Below are positions 1 through 13,462 of a stretch of 64,000 nucleotides of DNA, in pieces. The notes under the pieces are model-generated. The model had not been told where the DNA came from. It did no database searches and was given only the letters and a program-made list of their open reading frames with translations. The position numbers and the translations under genes are program-made. Origin of the DNA: Eledone cirrhosa (taxonomy: Eukaryota); NCBI GenBank assembly GCA_964016885.1, contig OZ024741.1:294562001-294626000 (forward strand), written 5' to 3'. Each line of letters starts with the position of its first letter. The stretch's first letter is position 1.

Positions 1-984
1 ATATCCACCAAGGAGGTTTCCAACCATCCCAGTGGGAGACTAACTGTATGAAACCTCACAATCAATCGGTGCAAATTTTGTACACCATATTAATAGATAG
101 AGGCATAGAATTCTTTGAAATTTCATCCCTTGTGAATAAAGATACTACATGTATGTGCATGTCTCTATGTAGATATTTTTATGAAAGTGCATATATCTCT
201 GAGTGTATGTGTGTATATATAAGTGTGTGTGTATTGGTGCATGTGTTCAATTTGTCTGTCTGGGTGAGTTTTGTGGGGTTAGGTTAAGGTTATTTTATGT
301 TGATTTTTCCATGCTTGCATGGAGCAGACACAGCCCAGAACTTGTCATGGTTTCCTGGGTATTTATTGACTAGGATTACAGGATCCCAGCCTGTTGTAAG
401 GCTAAACTTCAGATGCTACTGGTATGTATGTTAATCCGAGCAACATGAAATAATGCATTTCTTGGTCTGGAAATTGATAATCATGACCCCAACAACCTAA
501 CTACTAGATCACATGTTTTGTTTTAAAATTGTTTGTATATATTGCAGTTGAAAGTAAGGCTGAATGGTTGAGTAGTTTACTTCACAGTCAAAGGTTTCCA
601 GGTTCCATTCCTCTATGTGACATCTTAGGCAAGTGCTTTACAATAAGACTTCAGTAGATCAAGTACTTGCAAGTAAAAACTGGAGCATTTGCCCTTTTTC
701 TTTGTGTGGAAGGGACATGTGACTGAGGTCATGTGGTCCATTTGCTAATACCCACTGAATGGAGATTTAGGCATGCTGTGACCGATTATGTACAAACATG
801 TGCTGAGGTTACAACATCTCCAGCATTTCCCTGATGGGGAATAGGTGTGGATGCCATTTGCTACACATGTTTTTCTCCAACTTATCTCCTAGGCAGAGCT
901 GTAGTCGTGGGTCAAGTGAAGACTGAGAGAGAGCAATTGGAAACTGAACTGTCTTTAAGTGCTCATAGCCCTCTGCTAATCAGA

Positions 985-1825
985 CAGTATGATCAGTGGA
1001 AAGTCCACCTTGGCTTTCTATAGAGGATTAGTAGTGGTGGGTAAAAATAATAACGTTTTGAGGGAGACTCCGGGCATCAGTAAAAATCAACTCGCCACTC
1101 TTTTCTGGGGATACTCTGTCCAAGGTCTATGGATAACAGCCAGAAATCTCTGACTTGGCAGTGCTACCAAGGACATTGCCTGCTTGAGATAGACATCAAT
1201 CAGGCCTGTTCAAGAAGTACACAATGCAATGAAACCGTCTTACACACACTTATTGAGTGTCTGCGTATTGAGGACTTGTGGGCTCATGTCAACACCTGCT
1301 GTTGCATGTAAGATGGATCTGGCTATCAGCAGAGTCCATCATGAAGATTGCTATGCTGCCTTCCTTTGGCCAGGAAGGACAGGCAGTTTTTATCTCTCTG
1401 GTGGCCATGACAAGAGATCTTATTGTTGATACATTTAAAAGGTTTGAAGACAAACACTTTCCTCTTTGACAAAGCCCTGATTAACCTTTTCAGGTTTCAT
1501 TTAAAAAGGAAAATTAGGGTGGAGAGGAAAGTCTACCTTCCATGCTGTTTGTTGAAAGGTGTGTGAGAGTGGTGAGCATGACCCGAATGAATGGACTGCT
1601 CTTAGTGTGAACCTGTAGATTAGAGGAGGTCAACTGAGAGGGGGCACATGCCCTAGTGGTCAGAGTGAATGTGGCTTTTTGTGCCTTTTCTCCCTATTGG
1701 GGAATTTGTTATTACTTGAATTTTTATGTTTCATTGTTTTTGTTATAACTTTTTGCACACAAAGCCCCACAATATATTATCCTGTGCTGTCTTTAATTTT
1801 TCTTTTTTTCATGTGAGCCCTCTAT
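985..1825 (+). mobile_element. Degraded 3' fragment of the Tx1/L1-like LINE (ORF2 C-terminus plus 3' UTR)
   Basis: Aligns by eye to 15780-16700: ATGGATAACAGCCAGAAATCTCTGACTTGGCAGTGCTACC vs ATGGACAATTTCCAGAAATCCCTCGCTTGGCAGTGCTACC; peptide MDNSQKSLTWQCY..ETVLHTLIEC vs MDNFQKSLAWQCY..ETVLHALVQC; frameshifted. Confidence 0.85.
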
Positions 1826-2005
1826 AGCAGTATCGTTGGAGGGTCGAACACCATGCTTGGCAGCATAGAGTTACGCCCTTTTACGTTCTGAGTTCAAATG
1901 CTGCTGAGGCTAACTTTGCCCTTATGAGGTCGATGATAAAATAAAGCACCAGTAATACACTGGGATAATTGCTGGCCATGTGCCGAAAATAAAAACAATT
2001 ATTAT
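1826..2005 (+). mobile_element. SINE family A (tRNA-like head, Nin/Deu-like central domain, ATT tail)
   Basis: B-box-like GAGTTCAAAT, AACTTTGCC..GGTCGAT..AAAATAAAGCACCAG core and GGCCATGTGCC..AAACAATTATT end, matching the copy at 9060-9250. Confidence 0.8.
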
Positions 2006-2227
2006 TATACTATTTTTTCCTCTCAGTCTCACCAACCTTGAAAATTTGACTTATGTTAATTACTAAACTTGCACATTTAATTCTAAATTTTGGTTCCTTT
2101 TACCCACTTTCTGGTTTCAACAATTATTTCATGCTATTAATTAATAACATAACATTTTTTTACTATTCATTCTTCTTCTTCATGTGTCCTCTTCAAATTA
2201 ATAAATAAATATATATATATAAATAGA

Positions 2228-2258
2228 TAATAATAATAACAATAATAATAACAACAAC

Positions 2259-2304
<46 letters not shown>

Positions 2305-2330
2305 TTAATAATGGTAATGATAATTGTAAT
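2228..2330. repeat. (AAT)n microsatellite
   Basis: Directly visible tandem AAT/AAC units. Confidence 0.95.
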
Positions 2331-2737
2331 GATCTTTGAAAAAAATAAAAATATAATTATAAAAGTACATCTATTTGAATCATATTCTTTAGATGAATTG
2401 TCCTATTGTTTATTATATTTCAAAATTTATATAAAGCATTTTGTATTTGGTTTGTTGTTTCATATGTGATTTACTTGTGTCTCTGAAAAAAATATATATT
2501 GAAGTAATAGAAAAAATATCGAATGTAACAATTGTATTCTTTCTCTTCTTTTTATTTCTATGTTCTTTAAGGATTATTGTAATATCGTTGCCTATTTATA
2601 TTTAAAACATTACTCAATAGAGTAAACATAATGTCATTTTCTTTTGTCACAAGGTAGGTTTAACCCTCTCAATACCAACTCGTTTGAAACTGGGCCTGAT
2701 TCTATAATACAAAACTGCCTCATTAGTTATATTAAAA

Positions 2738-2768
<31 letters not shown>

Positions 2769-3060
2769 CTTCTTCTTCTTCTTCTTCTTCTTCTTCGTCT
2801 TCCTCCTGAAAGAGTCGTGTGGGGGGCAGAGTCCTCAAACTTTCATTCCAGTGGGTCCTGTCAGAAGCAACCGTCTCCAATTGATCCAGCTGGATCCCCA
2901 AATGAGACCAGCTGACCTCATAGATGTTACCCCACTATCTTGCTTGGGGTCTACTCCTGCTGGTTGGTTTTTCCCATAAAATCTGTCCAGCAATTAATTT
3001 CTGAGACATTCTTTATATAACCGTTTGTTAAGGAATCTGCCAAACAGCAGCTAACTATTA
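2738..3060 (-). mobile_element. Old RTE-like LINE 3' remnant with (GAA)n tail
   Basis: Minus-strand peptide MGIQLDQLETVASDRTHWNESLRTLPPTR followed by a (GAA)n run; homologous to 44810-45255, 49745-49870 and 51025-51490. Confidence 0.65.
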
Positions 3061-3985
3061 AAAAAATTATTTTACTAACATCATTCAAACCTTTTATCAT
3101 TTTCAAAATGAATGGAAATGCTTTGCTAATGTATTTCATTAGAAATATAGTTACAACGTTTTACAGGTATTGAAATCTTCCTGGATCTTACAGAAAGTTG
3201 ACATGATGGCTCAAAAATGTGGAAAACATCATTAATATTCTTTAGGTCTTGTTGGACTTTCTCAAATATTATATATAAAAGAAAAAAAAACTAATGCAGA
3301 AAATACTCATTTGTGTAAATCAAAGAAAATATCCTTTCAATAGCTTCTTTGTAGATAAGAACTAAATTATAGTTATAGTTTAAAGAAATTTTAAAAGAAA
3401 ATATACAAAAAAGATATTGTGTTGACATCATGAAAATGTATTTGCCTGGTAAATATATGATTATTGCAGATATTTTTGTATTGGGATTCAGAGCACATTG
3501 ACAATTACATTTTCACAGAGTTTCCTTTATTGGTGTGTATTCATATATTTGAATGTGTGTTTGTGTGTGTATGTATTTATTAAATTCTCTTAAAAAATGC
3601 ATAGCAATTAAATATTTTCACATATATAATGGCTGCAACATATTGGCTGTAAATGCATTAGATGAATAAGACCATCACTGACAAATAATATATCTCTATC
3701 AGAGGTTGTGAGCCTGGCAGTGGCTTTTGAAGCCTGTTAGAGATTTGAATGTTTTGTTGCATAAAATGCACTAGAATTCATTCCTTCCATCATTCTCTTC
3801 TTCATTATGATCTGGATCATGATTATGTATTTTTGAATGCCTTCTATATCCTGACTTCTTTGAAATTTCTCTGCCACATGTACCACATGTCAAATTGGCT
3901 ACAAAGAATTGGTAATATTTTACCTTTGGCATTTCTGCATGCTTACATAGGTGATTTGTATAGCCAGATTTGGACAAGAATATTC

Positions 3986-4044
3986 AGCCACATTTATTGC
4001 CAAGGTGGGAGTAAGCCACATTTATTGCCAAGGTGGGAGTAAGC
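3986..4044 (+). repeat. Local tandem duplication (about 28 bp, 2 copies)
   Basis: AGCCACATTTATTGCCAAGGTGGGAGTA repeated back to back. Confidence 0.9.
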
Positions 4045-5091
4045 CTGAACATCTACTCTCTACTAAAATATTCCAAACAGATTGCATCTCATAAAATCCC
4101 TGATAACAGAAGCCCAGCTCCTGGCCTTGCCATGGCAGAACTGATAAGGAGAAGCGACAAAGGTGAGTTACTGGCCTCTTAAAACCAGTTGCTCCATGTA
4201 GACAGAACTTATTAGCCATGTGTGGCAAACTGTCTATGAGAAGGATCACTGGTTTCAAATTGTAGTACTGTGTATGTATCACTGCTGGGAGTAGGTGAAA
4301 CTTTTTAACTGTAGTAAAAGCTATCTACCTAGGAGAAAGAATACTCCAAAATCAAATCCTATCTGTGTGAGACCAAGAAATAGTGGGTATGACATACACA
4401 TACACTCACATGCATACATAATTCCATACATACACACATACCCTTCCACACACAGATACATGTGGTTGTAAAGGCATTGGGTTATAGTGTTTATATCATA
4501 ATTCTATGGTTGTGGATTCACTGTCCTTACTGGGTAGGGTGTTGTGTCCTCTATCATGGTGATTCCACTAACCCGAGTACCATCAGTTAATCTTATGATG
4601 AATTGGCATGTTGCACTCTCATACACTTAACACCACATGAACTACAATAAGCTCCAGTCTGAGAAGCTCAAGAAAAATTTGACCTTTTTTAACATACATA
4701 AAGTAGTGCACTGTAGTCTACTTGAATCCTTTGAGAATATCATCATCATTGTGAATATATCATAGTCTTAGTATTAGGTCTTCCCACACCTCGAGGTGTA
4801 CAAGTCAGCAAGCTTCTGCTAGTATAGTTAAATATGCTAGCATGTTACTCACTGAACCTGTCCAACTAATTCTTGTGTGTCTGAGCTTCTCTTGGATTGT
4901 TTGGTGCCAGGTATTCTTGAACCATTCCCTCCACTGCTTCCCTCCCCTTCATTGGAATCCTTGCATGCTAAGTGGCTGGCAGGTGAAAAATTTGCTCCAA
5001 CCCATCTTGTCTCAGACACTCCTACCCATTCCTGCATGGAAAGTAAATGTAAAATATATATATAGATGTATATATATTCATATGTATTTAT

Positions 5092-7130
5092 ATCATCATC
5101 ATCATCATTGTTTAACGTCTATCTTCCATGCTAGCATGGGTTTAGACAGAAATTGTCATACGTGAGGCAAGATTGGTTGTCTTGCTTGTATAGGACTGTC
5201 TGGCAGGTTTTCTACGGCTGGATACCCTTCCTAACACCAACCACGTTTACAGTGTGGACTGGGAGGTTTTTACCATGTTACCTACATGGCCACATTACAG
5301 CGTAGACTGTGTGTTTTTTTGTCGTGACACCTACACGACCTCATTTATTTAGGACTGGATCTTGTGGCACCAACATAACTTTACAGAAAAGAGGTGATGT
5401 AGATGGGGGTGGGGTAGGGGTAGTGGGATGGGGGTGTATTTTTGGTTAGGAAGTGCCTGCTGACTGTAGGTTTCGCTTTGTACTTAGGCAAGGCGGGTCT
5501 TCTGTATTACTGCGTAGCGCTAAAGATCTCAGTCCAGTGACATTGTCTTGGAGCGGTGTAAGTGTGTAAGGTCAGAATTTATCAAATCAATACAGGTTTT
5601 TCTGGGTCTGCCTGCTCCGTAACTTCCATCTATTTTGATTGCCCTGCACTTTTTTATACAGCTGTCGTCTTTCATGCGCATCACGTGACCATACCAATGT
5701 AGTCATACCTTTGCCGTTCACGTATATTACTATAACACATCCAACAGAGCATGCAAGCTTCGTTCCTCTCCAGTCTGCGCAGATCCTCTGCACACAATGC
5801 CCATGTCTCACTGCCATGTAACATTGCTGTTCATATGCAGGCATCATACAGTCTGCCTTTCATTTTTAGGGAGAAACCTTTAGTGGCCAATAGTGGTATA
5901 AGCTCTCTGAACTTTTTCCATCCCATTCTGAATCTAGCTACTGTACTTTCAGAGCAGCCTCCACCACTGCTGATTTTGTCACCCAGGTAATGGAAGGTGT
6001 CCACTATTTCTATAGAACTATCTGGGCAATGGAAGGAGCTAGTATCCTGTGGGCACTTGCTACTACTTATTGTACCTGAGCACTGGCCACATATAAAATC
6101 TATGTTCTTAGTTAGTTTATGCACCCATACTTTGCATTTGGGACATAAAATGGAGTTTCTGCCTACTCCTTTCCTATACACTGAGCATTGCCATTTCGCA
6201 GAGGCAACCAGTGCCCTATTTTCCTTCCTACATACTAGAACTTTAGTCTTAGACAAGTTAATTTTAAGGCCTTTTGATTCTAGGCCATGCTTCCAAGTTT
6301 GGAATTTCTTCTCTAGTTCAGCCATTGATTCAGCTATGAGCATTAGATCATCTGCGTATAGGAGTTCCCATGGGCAGCCGGTCTTGAACTCCTCTGTTAT
6401 AGCCGGAAGGGCAATAATAAATAGGACAGAGCCCTGATGAACACCAACCTTTACGCTAAATTCTTCACTATATTCCTTGTTAATTCTAACCTTGCTGACT
6501 GTTTCTTTATACATGGCTTGTATAGCTCTCACGAGCCATTCATCAACACCTAGTTTTCTAAGAGCCCACCAGATAATGGAGCGGGGGACTCTGTCAAAGG
6601 CTTTCTCCAAGTCAAAAAAAGCTAAGTATAGGGGTTTACTTTTAGCTAGGTACTTCTCCTGTAGTTGTCGTACAAGGAAAAGAGCGTCTGTGGTACTTTT
6701 ACCTGACACAAACCCAAACTGCATTTCATCTAGATCAATTCGCTCTCTGATTAGTTGCGCTATAACTTTTTCTGTGACCTTCATGACCTGGTCAATTAAT
6801 TTAATGCCTCTATAGTTTCCCCTATCTAGGGCATCTCCTTTACCCTTGTAGTAGTTAATGATGATGCTGCTACGCCAGTCATTTGGTATGATCCCATTCT
6901 GTATGATTTGGTTTACTATCCGGGAGACCATAGTGTGTCCCACCGATCCAGATGCTTTCAGCATTTCAGCAACTATCTCCGAAGGCCCAGTTGCTTTGCC
7001 TGTCTTCATATCTTTGATTGCCTTACTTATTATACTACCTTCAACTTGCACTGCTGGTCCCTCTATTGGATCGATTTGGGGCAGACTATCTTTTTCCCAC
7101 TGATTCTCCTCATTTAGTAGCCTCTTGTAA
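5092..7130 (-). mobile_element. RTE-clade LINE, 5'-truncated and degenerate (subfamily 1)
   Basis: ORF 5831-7210 has RT motifs NYRGIKL, QFGF, DLEKAFDRV, GVHQGS, LYADD; the 3' UTR and (TGA)n tail match the 58.4 kb copy; small deletions and a stop are present. Confidence 0.95.
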
Positions 7131-7519
7131 GCTACTTTCTTATATATATGTACATATATATATATACATATTTTATAAAATAACAGGAGGCTGACAGGTT
7201 TATTATACATTTCAATGACCGGGTTCAGTATGAATCCGATGACATCATCAGTACTCGCACCACCAACAACACAAACGAAGACAGGTGTGTTGCATTACGT
7301 TGAGTGCTCTCCCTAATATTACATCAAGGTTGACTATATGGAATGACCAGTTCTATCCAATGGTGAACCAACAAACCTAAATGAATATATATATATATAT
7401 ATATATACATGCATATATATATATATACATGCATACATAAATGTGCATATATATATATATATATGTGTGTGTGTATATACACATATGTGTATATATATAT
7501 GTATATATATATATGAAAT

Positions 7520-7718
7520 CATATCCGCTCTCTTGCTCTGGAACCCTGACTCCAGCCTGACTAGGAGTAGGAAGCTGTCATTCCCTGACGTTATCTCTAG
7601 GGATATGGGAATCAGCAGACAGGACCTGGGGGCAGCGATGGGGGACAGGGGATTCTGGGGCATGAGAGTGAGATCCATCATCTCGACAGTAGTCGATGAG
7701 TGGTGGTGGTGGTGGTGG
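7520..7718 (+). mobile_element. 3' terminal fragment of another RTE-like LINE with (TGG)n tail
   Basis: Peptide [35 protein letters not shown] resembles an RTE C-terminus (M.DR..W); embedded in (TA)n. Confidence 0.6.
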
Positions 7719-8341
7719 ATATATATATGTATGTATGTATGTATATATATATATATATACACATATGTATATATATATATATGTATATTTAAATATATTT
7801 ATATATTTATTTGTATATATAAATATATTTATATATTTATATATACAAATAAATATATATCTATATATAAATATGTATTCACACACACACACACACGCAT
7901 ATATATATTAAAGTCTTTGACGTCAATCTGTTATTTCTAGTTCGAACTGATGAAATAAAATATTATTAGAAAAGGAGAAAAAAAGGGAAAATAAACGAAA
8001 AATAATGGGAGTAGGTGGGTAGGGGAATCCCCATATTTTGCATGAGTGAGTTTTTGAAACAAATTCCCACCTTACTCTCTATTTCATTCATAGTTCTTAA
8101 TATTATATTATTTTAGTTGGATTTAATTTATATTGTTATTGTTTTCAACAAAAGAAAAAAAATATTCTCTAACACCAACACCACCATTGTTGTTAATATT
8201 GTCATTGTTGTTGTTCTTCTTCTTCTTCTCATCATCATCTTCATCCTCAAAAGAAATCATTACTGTTATTAAAATAAAGCAATCATTATTATTATCGTTG
8301 ACTGTAAGAAACACCATTATTTTTATTGTTGTTATTGTCTC

Positions 8342-8383
<42 letters not shown>

Positions 8384-8790
8384 TATTATCATTTTATTAT
8401 GATTATTATTGTTATCATTATCATCATCACCATCATCATCATCATTATTATAAATCGACTTAAATTATTGTTGTTTTAAAGCAAATTTTATTTATTCGGA
8501 GTGTGCAATTTCCTCTCTTCCCTCGCATGAGGGGAAAAAAATACAAAAAAAAAAGGAAAACAAAAATAACAAATAAATCATTTTATAACAATATTTTATC
8601 TACTTTTCCTTTTGTTTATGTGTTAGGATTTTAGAATGTTATTGGACAGGAGAAGTTACGAGTAATTATTTTTGTTTTTCTATGAAACTGAAATATATAT
8701 ATATATATAATAGATTTTTGTTTCATGAAAGAATGAAATTTGGTAATTAAATATATATGAGTTCTCTGCAAAGTATGTGTATAGTGTGTG

Positions 8791-8826
<36 letters not shown>

Positions 8827-9059
8827 TACATATATGTGTGTGTATGTGTATATATAAATTAGAGAATTTTGCATATGAATATATATATATATATATACAC
8901 ACACATACATGTATATATTCATATGGAGATATATATGTGTGTGTGTGTGCGCGTGCATGTGTGTATTTGTATGCAATATTCTCTAATTTTTGTTCCATAT
9001 TGCAAAGCTGTTTAATAACTGTATGCTGATATATTAAATAGAATTTAGCATCATTATAA

Positions 9060-9250
9060 TTGTGAATTGGCAGTATCAGTAGAGGGTCGGACACCATGCT
9101 TTCTAGCATAGTTACGTCCCTTTACGATCTGAGTTCAAATCCCGCCGAGGTTAACTTTGCCTTTCATCCTTACAGGGTCGATAAAATAAAGTACCAGTAA
9201 TGTACTGTGTAATTGCTGGCCTTGTGCCAAAAGTAGAAACAATTATAATT
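9060..9250 (+). mobile_element. SINE family A, short variant
   Basis: TGGCAGTATCAGTAGAG (A-box-like), GAGTTCAAATCC (B box), TTGCCTTTCATCCTTACAGGGTCGATAAAATAAAGTACCAG central domain. Confidence 0.9.
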
Positions 9251-9804
9251 CTACAGCTCCAACCAAAAGATTTACTTTGTTGGTGAAAACTGTATAGAAC
9301 TAGCTGCATTAGATGCCTCATGTGAATCATCGTCATCAGTATCATTATGCTATTACTTCCGTTTTGATATTCTGATATTGACTGGATGTGATGTCTTCAC
9401 ATTTTTAGTTTTCTCCCATGGTTGATATATTCATGTGCTGGCTACCATACCATTTGATTTGAGGTTTTTTCATCAGGATATCTCACACATTGACTTCCCC
9501 CATGACATTCTTTGCTAAGCTATCTATTCAATTAGCTTTGCAGACCATCATAAAGTTCTGAATTATTAGTGTAGCTCTTCGAAATACTATTAAGAAGCAT
9601 CTGTAACATGCAGGTGTACATTTTATCGAGCTAATTTACAGATTTCTGTGTAGGTATCAATGTCTCATAGCCATATAACAAAACAGATTTAACTGTTATT
9701 AAAACAGTCTGATCTTAATACTCTGCTTCAGGGCTGATTACCTGATCTTTGATAATTCCTATTATTGCCTTTCTTTTGTTGATATCTATTTCTGAGCTGG
9801 CTAC

Positions 9805-10082
9805 ACAAGCATAGATTAGTGGTAAGTGTGTTGTACTTACCATCATAACGTCATGGATTTGATTCCTGGGCTAGCTTGTGTGTTGTGTTCTTGAGCAAAA
9901 CACTTCATTTCATGTTGCTCCAGTATACTCAGCTGAAAATGAGAACCAGCTGTAACTGGAGGTTTAATCCTGCAATGGATTGGTGTCATGTCCTAGGGAA
10001 AATCTTGTACTCTCAGTGGCTTAACGCCATGGAAATTTGGATAATTACTGGCCTGATGAGCCTCCAGGCTCTAGAGACTTTA
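9805..10082 (+). mobile_element. SINE family B (tRNA head, CORE-like domain, V-domain-like tail)
   Basis: TTAGTGGT A-box, TGTGTTCTTGAGCAAAACACTT CORE-like motif, then CCTGCAATGGATTGGTGTCATGTCCTAGGG; second copy at 63070-63342. Confidence 0.7.
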
Positions 10083-10879
10083 GAGTACAGAAGCTCCTAG
10101 GTATTGGAAAATATATATATATATATATAAACTTCCATTGTTATCATGTAAATACGACTTTGATAAATTACATTGTGTGTGTGTTCTGAATCCACAGTTC
10201 TGTTTTCTTTATGGATACAATTGAACTACTCTTGTAATTATCAGTGAAGTTCCTTTGTTTAAAGCAGTAAGAATGATTTGAAAGAGAGCTGGGTGTTATT
10301 TTTAGCAGATCAAACAATCACATAAAGGGTCCCCCACTGGTTCATAAAACCCTTTGTTACTAACAGAGTTAGTTGTTTCCACTCCATCTTATCTATTGCT
10401 ACTATGATTTCACAACAGCCACCAGTTGTTGCTTAATTAAAATGAATTTGTACCATTTAGTTAAAATCATCAACAGTTGTAATAATCGACAATAAACTAA
10501 TTCATTTATTCATTAAATTGTTTGGTAATTTTGTGTGTGTGAAGAAAACACTCATATGATACATAGTGATCAAGTGCTCCTGCTTTTGAAAGTGTGTATA
10601 TGCCTGTGTGTATGTGTGGGTGTCTGAAGTAAAAAGAAAAAGAGAGGGTCTGTGTGAAAGAGAGAGAATGAGGGAGACTGGGAGAAAGGGGGTGAGAGAG
10701 AGTGAAACTGACAATGGAAAGCTCCATTTATGTATCACATTGCATAGTTGAAGAGTAAATGTATTTTTGTTCTTTTGTAATGAAGACATTCAACTTCACA
10801 CTTCCTTTGAAAGTTAAGTGGCACCTCTATGGCATACATCAAAGAAAAGAAAATTGACAACAGCAACAACAATATTAAT

Positions 10880-11095
10880 AATGGTTTCTAATTTTAGCAC
10901 AAGGCCAGCAATTTGGGGGTTGACGTCGGTTATAAAGACCTAATATATGACTGGTGCTTTATATGATTGACCTCAGAATGATGAAAGGTAAACCTTATCT
11001 CAGCAGGATTTGAACTCTGAGTGTAAAGGACCATAACTATATGCTGCAAAACATTTTGTCCAATGTTCTAAACATTCTGCCAATCCACTACCCAA
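10880..11095 (-). mobile_element. SINE family A, degenerate
   Basis: Reverse complement of the family A tail (GCACAAGGCCAGCAATT) and B box (GGATTTGAACTC). Confidence 0.7.
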
Positions 11096-11648
11096 ATAAT
11101 AATTATGATGATGATGATATTATCGGTCCATTTTTTCTCATTTTTTTTTAAATATGTGACTGGTAAAATACCAATTTAAAAGATTTCTTCACATTTTCTT
11201 ATTTTCTTCATTGTTCACTGTTATTAAATGGTAACACAGGTGAGTATTAATGTTAATTTTTTTTTCTTGTTAGAATAATAAAAAACAAAGCCTTTTGACA
11301 TTTAAAAATTTTTTTTCTAACAGTTTAAAGGCATACATACACTTACAGATATTTTTTTGTTCAGTAGATTCTGATATTCTTGTATCATTTCATCTCAATT
11401 TTTGTTTTAATAATGCTAAAAGTAGCCAAAATATAATTTTATATAATTTAACTATTTCAAGGATTTTGCTATGAAGCTTTCTTTTGTATATAGTTTCATT
11501 CATTCTTCTCATTTTATTGATTGAAAAATAAAATGTGTCAACCCATTAGTTTACACAGTTGACACCTCTCACTTCCTGAATAGGAAAAAACTTTTCTTTA
11601 TCTATTTCTTTATTATTGTTATTATTATGGTTATTGTCATTATTATTA

Positions 11649-11689
<41 letters not shown>

Positions 11690-12107
11690 GCTCTTTGAGT
11701 CTCAGTCATTGATGTTATTTAACTGGAAAGTTTGTTGAAATGAATATCAAGCCACTACCTGCAGCCTCAGACATTCAGGACGTATCGGAGGGTTCTTGCT
11801 GTTCCCAGCAAGCATGCCTTTTGAAGTGTTCCAAAAAGCGGGGATGGACTAATCTTCTTTAACCATCCTTGGAAACTCTTTGAGATAGTACCTAGTGCGC
11901 CTATGACAATCGAGACGACCTTGATTTCATGGCAGTTCCAAATCCTTTTAAACTCCCACTTTAAATCCTGGTATTGGTTAATTTTCTCCCTCTCCTTTTT
12001 TTGTACTCTGGGCAGGCTACATCTACAATCAGGCACAATCTTTTTTCCTTGTCCAAAACCACCAGGTCAGACCTATTGTGTACTAATTTCTTGTTCGTCT
12101 GTATCCT
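11690..12107 (-). mobile_element. R4/Dong-like non-LTR retrotransposon 3' end (restriction-like endonuclease C-terminus plus 3' UTR)
   Basis: Peptide EKINQYQDLKWEFKRIW..VVSIVIGALGTISK..LQKACLLGTARTLRYVL is typical of the RLE C-terminus; (TAA)n flanks both ends. Confidence 0.85.
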
Positions 12108-12367
12108 AATTATTATTATTATTAATATTTTAATATTTTATTATTATTATTGTGTGAAGACAGTACAAATCTGTGGGGGAAAAGGTTCGTAACTTTAAGC
12201 TGTTTTAAAGTGTCATTTTTTGGTATTTTCTTGTCGTTAACGAAACTTAAGGTACACATCTTGATTTAAAGAGAGGGATACCTCTCAATATTTGGGCTTT
12301 AAGCCCGAATATTCAGATTTATTTTTAAAAACTTCGAAAACAATCGCTTCCCCACCAAAAGAAAATT

Positions 12368-13462
12368 ATGGAAATTTTCGACCTTGAAATGATAAACAAC
12401 GTTCAGGTTAAAAGTTTAAAGGCAACCACTGCAGATTTCACCACGACTACGACGGCTACAGTCATGCCTGTCATCCACTCTACTGAATGTGAAGGCAAAA
12501 CTCAAAAGCTACCATCACAACCTTCTGCCATAGCAGCAGTATCATCTGAAAACGACATCACCACCACCTCCACCACCACCACCACCACAACAACAACTCA
12601 GAGCAATAACGACAATAACACCGACAGCTTCAATGTAAACAAGGATGGCGGTGGCAACAGCAAGAATGACAACAACAACAATAAGAGCATCAGAAACACC
12701 ACATTTGCGGCAGCAGCAGCAAAAACAAAGCGCTTATTGAATATTGATATTGATATTAGCGATAAAGACGAACAGTTGGCCAAAGCGTGGAGGCTAATTA
12801 AACGGGAGAAGTCCTGGGCAAACCTGACCATCCCAGATGAGGCAATAGCGGCCATGCAAAGGAGGATGGTGCTCTTTCGATGTATTTCGGTGCAGACACG
12901 AAAAGTGGAACTTGCGAGCCAAGCAGAGGTAGAGGCTGCTTTGGAGTACATCGGAAGTAACATAGAGTACAAAGCAAGAGGCAAACAGTTCGGTACCATC
13001 TCAGTACTGTTCAAAACCGAGGCCCTCGCTATTAAGCACTCGGTGACCTCCTGCAGAACGGAACGCATTATCATGCATCCGTCCTATATGGGTAAAAGGA
13101 CAGTGAAGGTACGCATTCCCAGCATCCCACCAGGAATGAACATATGGTGGCTGCTGGGATGCATAATCGAGGAGGGGACAGACACTGCCCTCCTAGACAT
13201 CAAAAGGACAGAGAGAGAGGACTGGTCCGGAATAGATTTGGAGATTCTTCTCCAAATGAAACCGGAGGATATGAATAACATCCAGGATTTTGCCCGCCTG
13301 CAGGATGGGACAACAATCCAACTAATGATTGACGGAAGAAGGCCACGCTGCTTCGTCTGCGGGGAAGCAACGCATCTTCAAGCCTTCTGCCCTCAGCGCA
13401 AAAATGCAAGGGGTCGCAAACCTCCTTTGTTGCCAACACGGGGGACTGGAATGGCATCTTAG
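12368..13462 (+). CDS. LINE ORF1p (nucleic-acid-binding, zinc knuckle); C-terminus lost to deletion
   Basis: 364 aa; CFVCGEATHLQAFC = CX2CX4HX4C; T/N low-complexity N-terminal region; runs into ORF2 endonuclease sequence at about 13441. Confidence 0.8.
   Translation: MEIFDLEMINNVQVKSLKATTADFTTTTTATVMPVIHSTECEGKTQKLPSQPSAIAAVSSENDITTTSTTTTTTTTTQSNNDNNTDSFNVNKDGGGNSKNDNNNNKSIRNTTFAAAAAKTKRLLNIDIDISDKDEQLAKAWRLIKREKSWANLTIPDEAIAAMQRRMVLFRCISVQTRKVELASQAEVEAALEYIGSNIEYKARGKQFGTISVLFKTEALAIKHSVTSCRTERIIMHPSYMGKRTVKVRIPSIPPGMNIWWLLGCIIEEGTDTALLDIKRTEREDWSGIDLEILLQMKPEDMNNIQDFARLQDGTTIQLMIDGRRPRCFVCGEATHLQAFCPQRKNARGRKPPLLPTRGTGMAS

Noticed and set aside
3400-3500. YLPGKYMIIAD, resembling an LTR-retrotransposon RNase H end
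   Set aside because: Too short and degraded to support a call.
7930-7990. CTGATGA..GAAA hammerhead-like motif on the plus strand
   Set aside because: No credible stem I or stem III pairing.
7334-9109. ORFs rich in YI/CV/HT and poly-I, here and throughout the window
   Set aside because: Microsatellite translations.
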